Below are positions 37,835 to 45,913 of a DNA stretch of 64,000 nt, one piece after another. Within the stretch, counting starts at the first letter, position 1. Each line of letters begins with the position of its first letter. The stretch comes from a virus: IMG/VR virus record IMGVR_UViG_3300044858_001565, positions 1-64,000 of that record; one strand, given 5' to 3'. The position numbers and the translations under genes were made by a program. The notes beneath the pieces are model-generated. The model saw only the letters and a program-made list of their open reading frames with translations. It searched no databases and was not told where the DNA came from.

Positions 37835-38792
37835 TTAGAATCTCCTCAAGTGTTTGTGGAACGGCTTCCTTGATCCGTTCCTCTGCGATTTTAACATATT
37901 CAGGATTCAGTTCTGTTCCGATGTAGTTGCGTCCATTTTTGAGTGCAACCACAGCAGTGGTGCCGCTGCCTGTGAACGGATCAAACACAGTGCCTCCCAC
38001 GGGGCATCCTGCCAGCACACACGGCTCAATCAGGTTCTCGGGATACACCGCAAAGTGTGCGCCCTTGTAGCCTTTTGAGTTTACCGTCCAGACAGACCGC
38101 TTGTTTTTTAGTCCACTACTCAAATTACCAACAGCCTTCATGTTACCGTTGGTCTTTGCTCCACCGTTTGCTCGGGTAGAACCAGTTTGTGATTGGATGT
38201 TCTGTTGTAGTCGTGAAACGGAACTTTCTGCCAGTGGCTCCTTGATGGCTTCAAAATCGTAGTAATACTTGGGCTTCTTGGACAGAAGGAAGATGTATTC
38301 ATGCGACTTTGTGCAGCGGTCTTCCACGCTTTCGGGCATGGGATTTGGCTTGCTCCAAATTATGTCCTGCCGCAGATACCACCCGTCCGCTTGCAGCGCA
38401 AAGGCTACGCGCCAAGGAATGCCAATCAAGTCCTTGGTCTTCAGCCCCTTCTGATCTTTGCGGTTTGCAGGAACAAAGTCTGAAGGCATTCCGCGCTGAC
38501 CGCCCTGAGTCTGCGGGGGCGGGGCGCAGTTCTTTGCGCTCATGTACGAGTCGCCAAGGTTCAGCCACAGGGTGCCGTCATCACGCAGGATACGGCGCAC
38601 CTCGCGGAATACTTCGGTCATCTTCTGCACATAACCCTCAACGGTGTCTTCTTGACCGATCTCGCTGTCCCCGCCACCGTAGTCGCGGAGTCCGAAATAG
38701 GGAGGTGATGTAATGCAAGTGTTAACGATTCCATCGGGCAGCGTCTTCATGCCCTCAATGCAGTCTCCGACAATAATGCGGTGGGTGTTCAT
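37827..38792 (-). CDS. N4-cytosine/N6-adenine DNA methyltransferase (beta class)
   Basis: Catalytic TSPPY near the N-terminus, HFAVYP, and SAM-binding FDPFTGSGTT near the C-terminus. Confidence 0.93.
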   Translation of the reverse strand: MNTHRIIVGDCIEGMKTLPDGIVNTCITSPPYFGLRDYGGGDSEIGQEDTVEGYVQKMTEVFREVRRILRDDGTLWLNLGDSYMSAKNCAPPPQTQGGQRGMPSDFVPANRKDQKGLKTKDLIGIPWRVAFALQADGWYLRQDIIWSKPNPMPESVEDRCTKSHEYIFLLSKKPKYYYDFEAIKEPLAESSVSRLQQNIQSQTGSTRANGGAKTNGNMKAVGNLSSGLKNKRSVWTVNSKGYKGAHFAVYPENLIEPCVLAGCPVGGTVFDPFTGSGTTAVVALKNGRNYIGTELNPEYVKIAEERIKEAVPQTLEEILNG

Positions 38793-38813
38793 ATACTATT
38801 ATTCCACATAATT

Positions 38814-39398
38814 CTACTTGTCTGATATTCCTATAACGACAACTGGAACAGAAGGGGATGTGTTTCCTATCATGTTTAAATCCCACACTAATTGTTCGTA
38901 ACATGATACACCACTACACATAGATTCCGCAAATCTTTTTGTTGGAACTATTTCTACACCACAGTCTATTAATCCTAGTTTCTTAAAAACTGGAATCTTT
39001 CCTAGAATGTCATAGACCATGAATGAATATTTACCAAACTGAACTTCCACTCCAACTTTAGATTTTACAAAATCAATTTCTCTGAAACCTTTCAAAAATT
39101 TGGTTTGGGGCACAACCCCGTCCTTGTACTGAAGAGGAACATAATCACAGTCTATTCTCTTTCTTTCCCACCCACCATCAATATCTTGTGTTCCGAAGAG
39201 TCTTTTAAACTCCGAATTCAATTTCACCTGACTATACAGAAGTTTTCCTTTCATCTTCTTCTCTTTGCTAACCTTCGTTTTAAACTTACGAGCATTTATC
39301 TTTTCTATAACTGTCTGAATTTGTTTTAACTCGCAATTATGATATTCGTTCATAAACTCTATACCACCATTGAACGAATAAATTGAAGATATTTTCAC
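38814..39398 (-). CDS. BglII/BstYI-family type II restriction endonuclease-like protein
   Basis: AAAGGAG RBS before the GTG at 39398; EIDFVK..VGVEVQFGKYSFMVYD and GVEIVP motifs; AT-rich. Confidence 0.8.
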   Translation of the reverse strand: MKISSIYSFNGGIEFMNEYHNCELKQIQTVIEKINARKFKTKVSKEKKMKGKLLYSQVKLNSEFKRLFGTQDIDGGWERKRIDCDYVPLQYKDGVVPQTKFLKGFREIDFVKSKVGVEVQFGKYSFMVYDILGKIPVFKKLGLIDCGVEIVPTKRFAESMCSGVSCYEQLVWDLNMIGNTSPSVPVVVIGISDK

Positions 39399-39420
39399 TT
39401 GCTGGTCTCCTTTACGATAA

Positions 39421-39816
39421 TCATCTGATATCTCCGTATCCCATCCCACGCACAAAGAAATGCTCTTCGTGCTGCTGAAACCCAAAGCACTCCCGTGCGT
39501 AGTCAAGAATGATCTGCTTGTCAAACTTGTTGCACGAATACACATCAAGGGTAATGAATCGCTTTGGTTCCATTGAGTGAATCTGAATACCGCTCTCAAT
39601 GAGTGGAACCCATCCGCTGACTCCTGCCTTGTCGGGATAGAGTTCCACACCAAAAGCAGTTGGACCGTGAATCACGATGGGCTGACTCATGCGGGTCATG
39701 CCGATCTTGTCCACCACTCGCTCAAGAAAGCGGTAGTGGAGTTCTAGATCATCGGCTGCACCGATGCGACAGTTGTACATATCAAGGTAATACGAATATC
39801 CGAATGGCTTGCTCAT
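39421..39816 (-). CDS. speD: S-adenosylmethionine decarboxylase proenzyme
   Basis: GVSG...LIE|SG.QIH pyruvoyl cleavage site and LDVYSC motif. Confidence 0.85.
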   Translation of the reverse strand: MSKPFGYSYYLDMYNCRIGAADDLELHYRFLERVVDKIGMTRMSQPIVIHGPTAFGVELYPDKAGVSGWVPLIESGIQIHSMEPKRFITLDVYSCNKFDKQIILDYARECFGFQQHEEHFFVRGMGYGDIR

Positions 39817-40622
39817 GTGAAAAAATCCTCTAATGTTGGCTTGCTCTTTAGCGGCTTGCCTGTAATCAATGCGTCCAAATCGTCTTCACCCAATCCTAGT
39901 CCGTCCGCAAGTTGTCGCACAAACTCCCATGCTCGTTCAGGGCTGACCCGCTCAGTATACAGGCGGAAATGATCGGGCGCAAGAGCAATCGCTTCGGGAA
40001 GGAGTTTTGCATTTTTTGATTGATTTTCGGAGCCTTCAAGTATTCTCAAGTTGAGGGGGTGATGGATGCCACCGTGAATGATCGGAAGAATATGGTCAAT
40101 GTGATATTCTCGTCCTGTCTCCCTTTGGAGTTCTTGGCGAGTGCGTTCTAAAATGAGAAGTTGTTGGTTTTCATTTGCGGTCAAGTGAATTGATGCATTT
40201 CTCTCTCTGCATCTTCGTCTTCTACCTCTTTCCGCTACTCGTTCGGGATTGCGTTCACGCCAAGCCTTGCTTGCTGCCGCTGCTCGTTCGGGATTGCGTT
40301 CAGCCCAAGCCTTGCGTACTGCCGCTGCTCGTTCACGATTGAGTTCACGCCAAGCCTTGTCTGTTTCCGCTTTCCGTTCACGATTGCGTTCAGCCCAAGC
40401 CTTGGCTACTGCTGCTTTCCGTTCACGATTGCGTTCACGCCAAGCCTTGTCTGCTGCCGCTTTCTGTTCACGATTGCGTTCACGCCAAGCCTTGCGTACT
40501 GCCAATGCTTGTTCACGATTGCGTTCATACCAAGCCTTGGCTACTGCCGCTACTCGTTCACGATTGCGTTCACGATAAGCCTTTTCTGTTGCCTTCTTTT
40601 TTTCGGGATCTTTGTATGCCAC
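39813..40622 (-). CDS. HNH endonuclease with N-terminal 15-aa tandem repeats
   Basis: HIDHILP...GGIHHPLNL......ENQSKN motif; eight KAW.ERN.E repeats; C-terminal TLEDFF. Confidence 0.88.
   Translation of the reverse strand: MAYKDPEKKKATEKAYRERNRERVAAVAKAWYERNREQALAVRKAWRERNREQKAAADKAWRERNRERKAAVAKAWAERNRERKAETDKAWRELNRERAAAVRKAWAERNPERAAAASKAWRERNPERVAERGRRRRCRERNASIHLTANENQQLLILERTRQELQRETGREYHIDHILPIIHGGIHHPLNLRILEGSENQSKNAKLLPEAIALAPDHFRLYTERVSPERAWEFVRQLADGLGLGEDDLDALITGKPLKSKPTLEDFFT
40224..40583 (-). repeat. 8 x 45-bp coding tandem repeat
   Basis: Period of 45 bp (e.g. CTCGTTCGGGATT at 40238 and 40283), encoding KAW(R/A/Y)ERN(R/P)ExxAAxx. Confidence 0.9.
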
Positions 40623-40625
40623 ATC

Positions 40626-41012
40626 TCACCCCCGCATCGCCTTCACGATCTTACGCCAATACTTCAGGGTTCCCGACAGGCGGTGCCCCTTTGGACCGCC
40701 GTTGTGAATCCGTGCCAACTGCTCAACAGTCGCGCCCTTCGGGGCATACCGCGTCCAATACGCACGGATGATCCGCTCCGAATACGCCTTGTCCATGCAG
40801 TCACGATACGAGCCGCCGATGGAAGGATCGTGTTCCACAGCGTCCTGCCAGTACTCGCGCCAAATCTGATACGGACCAATGGCGCGTCCACCGTCACCCA
40901 CAAGATTCTTGCCACTGGTGGACTCCACCGCATACATGGCATCAAGCAGAGGACGGGTATCAACGGTGGGGGGAACAAGGCACAGAACTGCGGACAGAAT
41001 CAAACCAAACAT
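40626..41012 (-). CDS. i-type (destabilase-like) lysozyme with N-terminal signal sequence
   Basis: AVES, GPYQIW..YWQDA and ARIHNGGP.G motifs; hydrophobic N-terminus. Confidence 0.8.
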   Translation of the reverse strand: MFGLILSAVLCLVPPTVDTRPLLDAMYAVESTSGKNLVGDGGRAIGPYQIWREYWQDAVEHDPSIGGSYRDCMDKAYSERIIRAYWTRYAPKGATVEQLARIHNGGPKGHRLSGTLKYWRKIVKAMRG

Positions 41013-41932
41013 GGCGAGTAGACCTTTCTGTACTCTAGTAGAGCCAAATCCTTTGCTTTGGCTTCAATCATCACATCGTACTCCACCGTATCCGACAGTG
41101 GAGGAATTTCCTTGCGAATGTAGTCGGAGTGGGCTTGCGGTCGCGCACCTTCCTTGGATTCGGAGTAGTGAACTTTTGGAATCTCGCAGAAGCCGCTCCA
41201 TGTGCGGAATGCCATGTCTGCTGCTTCGCGCAGGGACTCCTGCTGACAGAAGCGGTGGTGGTGGATGTCCAACACTAGTTTCACAGTGCAGTGCTTGCCA
41301 ACCTCCTTGAACAGTTCGGTCATGCTCCACATTGAGGGCTTGTCATCGTTCTCAAGTGTGAGCCGCCGCTTGATGTTGTCAGGGAGTCGGGAGAACTCGC
41401 GGAGAAACCGCCCTGCGGTTTGGTGCTTGTCGCCGTAGACTCCGCCCATGTGGATGTTGATGGCAAACTCGTCCCCGTAGCCCAACAGGTCTGCAATGAG
41501 CGAGTGCATTTGGAGACACAGCACACTCTTCTTAACGGTGTCGGGATCAGGGGACGCAATACAGGTGTAAGGACCGGGATGGCACGACAGGCGCAACCCG
41601 TTTGCCTTGCCGTAGTCCCCTGCTGCCTTCAGTGCCGCACGGATTGCCCCTTCGTGTTGTGGGGACAACTTCCCGATCCCGTAGCCAAGTGTGGGGTGAT
41701 CCATGAACGGAAACATCCCGCTGCCAATGCGGAAGAATCGAATCCCGTTGGCAACATTCCACTGTAGGATGGGGAGGAGATCGGCAGCGTTCCGCGCACC
41801 AAGTTCTCCCACACGCTCTAGAGAAAAGCGATCCATCCGCAGGGTTCGGTCTGTGAAGAACCGATCCTTTGCTTTCCGTCCCTCACACAGGGACAGGTTT
41901 TGACAGGCGTAGCCTAGGTGTCGGATGGGCAT
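41000..41932 (-). CDS. uvsE: UV damage endonuclease UvsE/UvdE
   Basis: LGYAC, FFRI.S..FP, RLSCHPG, INIHMGG.YG, LENDD, LDIHHH, HYSES, HSDY and MIEAK.KD. Confidence 0.95.
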   Translation of the reverse strand: MPIRHLGYACQNLSLCEGRKAKDRFFTDRTLRMDRFSLERVGELGARNAADLLPILQWNVANGIRFFRIGSGMFPFMDHPTLGYGIGKLSPQHEGAIRAALKAAGDYGKANGLRLSCHPGPYTCIASPDPDTVKKSVLCLQMHSLIADLLGYGDEFAINIHMGGVYGDKHQTAGRFLREFSRLPDNIKRRLTLENDDKPSMWSMTELFKEVGKHCTVKLVLDIHHHRFCQQESLREAADMAFRTWSGFCEIPKVHYSESKEGARPQAHSDYIRKEIPPLSDTVEYDVMIEAKAKDLALLEYRKVYSPCLV

Positions 41933-41938
41933 GGGTGC

Positions 41939-41947
41939 AGTATAGCA
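41939..41947 (-). promoter_or_regulatory. extended -10 host-sigma promoter (TGCTATACT), probably leaderless, for uvsE
   Basis: TGnTATACT located 6 nt before the ATG. Confidence 0.55.
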
Positions 41948-41983
41948 GACGGCATTATTTCAATCTACCGTGGACTGAATATT

Positions 41984-42310
41984 TTACGGCTTCTGTGCTT
42001 CTTTGTCTTTCAAATATGCAGCAAGCAGCACCATGTAATTAATAACATCCACACAGGTGTCCTTGAAAGACTCGTCCTTGATGTGCATCTTACCAGCGCG
42101 GACAAACGAGGACAGGCGACTCATCTTGTCCGTGAGGCGCACCATGAACCCCTGCTCTGTCTTGCAGATGCCCATAGCCTCCACACGGGTAAAGTTTGCA
42201 AACGGCTCAAGCCCTTCGTTTCCTGCGTAGTCCCGATTCTTCAGGCTCATCAGGTCACGGGCTTCCTTTGTGATCTCTTCGTGAAACTTCAGCAGTTCAT
42301 CTCGGGTCAT
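41984..42310 (-). CDS. DUF1599-like (nucleotide-modification-associated) protein
   Basis: KNRDYA...FANF...VRLTDK.SRL...ES..DT..D..NY motif; ATGA overlap with dut. Confidence 0.75.
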   Translation of the reverse strand: MTRDELLKFHEEITKEARDLMSLKNRDYAGNEGLEPFANFTRVEAMGICKTEQGFMVRLTDKMSRLSSFVRAGKMHIKDESFKDTCVDVINYMVLLAAYLKDKEAQKP

Positions 42311-42885
42311 GGCTGTGCTCCTGGGTTTGCGTCCCAACTAAACTGTCCTGTGCTGCCGAATCCACCGTCGCGCTGTGTCTTCTGCATGGGTGGGTGGTCA
42401 ATCCGTGCCAGCGACACGGGCTGATTCCGCACCAGTTCGCCTTGGCAAATGCGCGACCCGTTAGGAACGGACACGATGCACGACGAGATTGCGGTGACCA
42501 TGATCTTCAATTCGTCCGTGTAGTCGGAGTCAATTACCCCCTCCGCATTCGCAAGCACCAAGCCCTCCTTCAGCGCAAGTCCGCTCCGTGCATGGAGCCG
42601 AACGGAGTAGCCCTGCGGAATATCCAAAATCAGTCCTGTGGGAATGAGGAAACGCCAACCCGCAGGCACATCCAACACCCCATTCGTGGGGTGGAGTTCC
42701 ATGCGGACATTCTGTGGTCCGTAGGCAACCACTGTCTTGTATGCGGTCCAGTCACCTTCGGAATTGGTGGGATCGTGATGGAATCGGGCACAGATGTCAA
42801 AACACGCAGAGCCGTCTGTGGCAAACGCGGGAACCTCTGCGCCTGTGTCTGGAATGATATAGAAACCGAGTGTGGGTGTATCCAT
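42307..42885 (-). CDS. dut: trimeric dUTPase
   Basis: All five motifs present: GSACFD, RSGLA, GVIDSDY, RICQ and RDGGFGSTG. Confidence 0.95.
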   Translation of the reverse strand: MDTPTLGFYIIPDTGAEVPAFATDGSACFDICARFHHDPTNSEGDWTAYKTVVAYGPQNVRMELHPTNGVLDVPAGWRFLIPTGLILDIPQGYSVRLHARSGLALKEGLVLANAEGVIDSDYTDELKIMVTAISSCIVSVPNGSRICQGELVRNQPVSLARIDHPPMQKTQRDGGFGSTGQFSWDANPGAQP

Positions 42886-42906
42886 GATGTAGTCTCCTTG
42901 GGGTGG

Positions 42907-42934
42907 AGTATAGCACAGGGTGCAGGAGTGTCAA
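42907..42934 (-). promoter_or_regulatory. sigma70-type early promoter TTGACA-N16-TATACT with extended TG
   Basis: Perfect -35 and near-perfect -10 upstream of the AAGGAG RBS of dut. Confidence 0.8.
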
Positions 42935-43146
42935 TCGTTTTGCTTCAGGATTTTGGTGAACTTTTCTTTTTGCAAAATTACCCCTGTGAGTTCATCGGTT
43001 TTCAGCACAGAGCGGTTGTTTGTTTTTTGAAGCACCACACCGCTTGGCTTGGGTTTCACCGAGATTTCGCTTGTCCGCACCACCACCTTGCCCTCTGTCT
43101 GCTTGGGCTTAGTGTCGTGGGAACGGGTCTTGATCCGTATCTTCAT
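42931..43146 (-). CDS. small basic hypothetical protein
   Basis: ATGA-coupled to the upstream gene. Confidence 0.6.
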   Translation of the reverse strand: MKIRIKTRSHDTKPKQTEGKVVVRTSEISVKPKPSGVVLQKTNNRSVLKTDELTGVILQKEKFTKILKQND

Positions 43147-43463
43147 GTTATTTCAAGCACCGAAACCACTGCATGAACAGAACCGGTATTACCTGCTGTG
43201 GCACGGAGAGTGTCGTTTTCCTGCAACACCAACGAAGAGTCAAGTGCCTGTAATGATGTGCTGTTTGGAAGCACTCCGCGAGTGAGGAGTGAATACGCCG
43301 TGAGTCCACGAACCATTTCAAGAGTAACGGTGGTGGAGTTTGAAGGGTGAACATTTGAAAACACTACGGCATTGACAATGGCAGTTCCGCTCAAGCCCGG
43401 ATATAGTGCTGTTGCAGCAGTGGTTCCCATGACTACAGGATAACTTCGGTATGTGTTAGGCAT
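43143..43463 (-). CDS. conserved ~107-aa fibre-cassette terminal protein (paralog 3 of 3)
   Basis: MPNTYRSY..MGTTAAT...LQALD...VSVLEIT. Confidence 0.85.
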   Translation of the reverse strand: MPNTYRSYPVVMGTTAATALYPGLSGTAIVNAVVFSNVHPSNSTTVTLEMVRGLTAYSLLTRGVLPNSTSLQALDSSLVLQENDTLRATAGNTGSVHAVVSVLEIT

Positions 43464-43668
43464 TGGTGTCCTCGCTCTGTTCGTCCGCAGTGATTCCAAA
43501 ATGGGTCAGTGCATCGGTTCGTGAACCAAACCACCACCACCCGTTCACAGGATATGTATGGGTTGAGTGGCTGTCCCTGTACAGGGCAAAGTCTGGTCCT
43601 TCCACGAAATTTGGTCCGTAGAAGAGTTCGGTGTTTTCTAGTTTGTAAAATCCTGATGTGTCTTCCAT
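43456..43668 (-). CDS. small adhesin partner protein (putative chaperone)
   Basis: Paralog of 6012..6278. Confidence 0.75.
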   Translation of the reverse strand: MEDTSGFYKLENTELFYGPNFVEGPDFALYRDSHSTHTYPVNGWWWFGSRTDALTHFGITADEQSEDTNA

Positions 43669-43678
43669 ATGGTCCTCT

Positions 43679-45913
43679 TTATCCGGTTACGGTCCAGCCC
43701 TTGCCTGTTGCAATGCTCCTGTTGCAGGCAGCAGCGCCCCAGTTTCCGGTGATGGTTACGGTTTTTCCTGCGCCAGTGGACGACAGATTGGTGAATATGC
43801 GGTTCAGTTCAGTCGGAGACAGGTTGCAGTTTTGATATGAGATGCTTGCGTTTGTTCCATACAGAGTGGCAACAGACAGGTTGTAGCAGTTGGAGAATGT
43901 GCTAGAAAATGATGTTATGGAAGACGCGGTGAATCCTCCAATAGAAGACAGCCTAGAGCAGTTTGAGAACATACTTGTCACACTGTTAGAAGCAGATGAG
44001 GGCATAGTGATATAACCCACACTCTGTAATGACAGACATCCAAAGAACATACTGCCAAAAGAAGTGCATAATGGAGCGTTTATATCTGAAACTCTTTTGA
44101 GAGAAGTGCAACTGGAGAACATACTCGAAAGACTTATAGCCTTCGATACATCCAAATTAGGAACTTGTTCCAAAGAATAACAGGAGGTGAACATCTGAGA
44201 GAAATCTGTTGCTTTTGATGTATTCAGTTCTGGAACAGTAATCAAAGCCCCACAACTATCAAACATACCCGAAAGACTGTTTCCATTAACGGTATTCAAC
44301 GAAGATACCTGCCTCAAGGCTCGGCAATTCCTAAAAATATTAGCAAATGTCTGACAGGAGGAAGTGTCTCCAAAAGCAACTGTTTCTAGACTTCTACAAC
44401 CAGAGAACATGGCTGTCATGTTCGTTGCTTTGGATGTATTGAAAACAGGAACACTCTTCAGACTAGTGCATCCTTCAAACATATATGTAAAATTCAAACA
44501 TCCACTCGTATCGAAAAGAGGAATCTCACTCAAACTATTGCAACCGTTAAACATATATGAGCAACTTGTTATGTTTTGAGTATTGATTAGTCTGGGAACA
44601 ACTCTTAGTGCGTAGCAATTTACAAACATATTAGCCGTAGAATTGCAATTGCCTAGAGAATATACACCCTGAACATCTCTGAGAGATTTGCAGTTCCAAA
44701 ACATCTGAAATACACTAGTGCATTTGCTCAAATCTAGGGGGGGAACTGATAGCAGAGACTCACAACCCAAAAACATATTTCCAAAATCCGTTCCTTTGGA
44801 TGTGTTCAACTGAGGAATGGTCTTCAAAGCCTGACAACTTCCAAACATGGTATTGAACATTGTTCCATTTGATGTGTCTAGTGGAGGAATTTTTTTCAAG
44901 GAATAACAACCAGCAAACATTCCAAAGAAATTACTAACTTTTGATGTGTCTATGAGTGGAATGCTTTTCAATGCAAAGCATTGATTAAACATATAACCAC
45001 AATCATTGTTTCTAGAGGTATCAAGTGCTGGTATTGCGGGTAAAGACCAGCACTCAGCGAACATACCATTCATGTTTTGTCCATTTGATGTATTGAACCT
45101 AGAAATATTCACAAGGGACCGACACCCATCAAACATATTTGAAAAATTTGTTCCGTTTGATGTCCAATCAGTACCAGAAACATTTCTAAGACCCCGACAC
45201 TTACCAAGTATATACGAAAAATTTGAAATGGAACTAGATCCAACCCATTCAAAGTTTTGCAAAAGGTCTAGTGTTACTACGGGAGTTGTAATTGGCTGCT
45301 TCAGTCCAAAAAAACAACCAGTGATTCCAGATCCTGCAATCTTGATGTCTAACCAATTTGCTCCAAGATTTCCTGTTGGAGTTGCACTACCATAGAAAGT
45401 AACTCCAGGTTCACGATACTGTTTCTGCAAATCAATGAATGTCAGTGTTGCTCCGCCGACATATGCAGGATATGCCTTAATGAGCACCTGCCTGAATCCA
45501 CCAGATGTTGTTGTTTCTGCTGATACTCCATCATAATTGTACCGGTATTGTGCTGTTGCTCCAGAAGCATACTGTTGAGTTACACCATTTCCCCAGTCAA
45601 CAATGTAATCTCTTGCCAATCCATTCAATCCTAGAGAAAAAGCAACAAAATTGCTGTCAGCAGATGCTCCCGAATTTCCACTCGCTCCCTGATAAATAGC
45701 AAGTATTCCACAAAACATCTGATCGCTCGGTGTGAGTGTTGGCATTGGCAGCCAGTCCGCAGGGCGATTCCATGCCGTTGGAAGTTCTGCATCAGATTCA
45801 TTGGTTTCTACCCCACGAACATATCGTTTAGACGGAGAAACCAATCCCCTATCTTCATAGTCAAGGGCATTTAGAGCAATATATCCGTTGTTGTATCTGT
45901 TCTTCTTGCTCAT
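43679..45913 (-). CDS. BspA/DUF285-like leucine-rich surface-repeat adhesin (long, about 20 repeats)
   Basis: Regular MF.GC.SL..IP.LDTS repeats, with the same terminal domains as 6297 and 7946. ATGA overlap with the collagen gene stop. Confidence 0.88.
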   Translation of the reverse strand: MSKKNRYNNGYIALNALDYEDRGLVSPSKRYVRGVETNESDAELPTAWNRPADWLPMPTLTPSDQMFCGILAIYQGASGNSGASADSNFVAFSLGLNGLARDYIVDWGNGVTQQYASGATAQYRYNYDGVSAETTTSGGFRQVLIKAYPAYVGGATLTFIDLQKQYREPGVTFYGSATPTGNLGANWLDIKIAGSGITGCFFGLKQPITTPVVTLDLLQNFEWVGSSSISNFSYILGKCRGLRNVSGTDWTSNGTNFSNMFDGCRSLVNISRFNTSNGQNMNGMFAECWSLPAIPALDTSRNNDCGYMFNQCFALKSIPLIDTSKVSNFFGMFAGCYSLKKIPPLDTSNGTMFNTMFGSCQALKTIPQLNTSKGTDFGNMFLGCESLLSVPPLDLSKCTSVFQMFWNCKSLRDVQGVYSLGNCNSTANMFVNCYALRVVPRLINTQNITSCSYMFNGCNSLSEIPLFDTSGCLNFTYMFEGCTSLKSVPVFNTSKATNMTAMFSGCRSLETVAFGDTSSCQTFANIFRNCRALRQVSSLNTVNGNSLSGMFDSCGALITVPELNTSKATDFSQMFTSCYSLEQVPNLDVSKAISLSSMFSSCTSLKRVSDINAPLCTSFGSMFFGCLSLQSVGYITMPSSASNSVTSMFSNCSRLSSIGGFTASSITSFSSTFSNCYNLSVATLYGTNASISYQNCNLSPTELNRIFTNLSSTGAGKTVTITGNWGAAACNRSIATGKGWTVTG

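Noticed and set aside
38814-39653. 279-aa version of the endonuclease ORF, and other over-long starts in the ORF track
   Set aside because: The extensions overlap upstream genes. Internal starts with an RBS or stop-start coupling (39398, 37571, 55608, 54266, 3538) fit better.
40224-40583. CRISPR array
   Set aside because: The 45-bp units are contiguous, in-frame coding repeats without unique spacers, and there are no cas genes.
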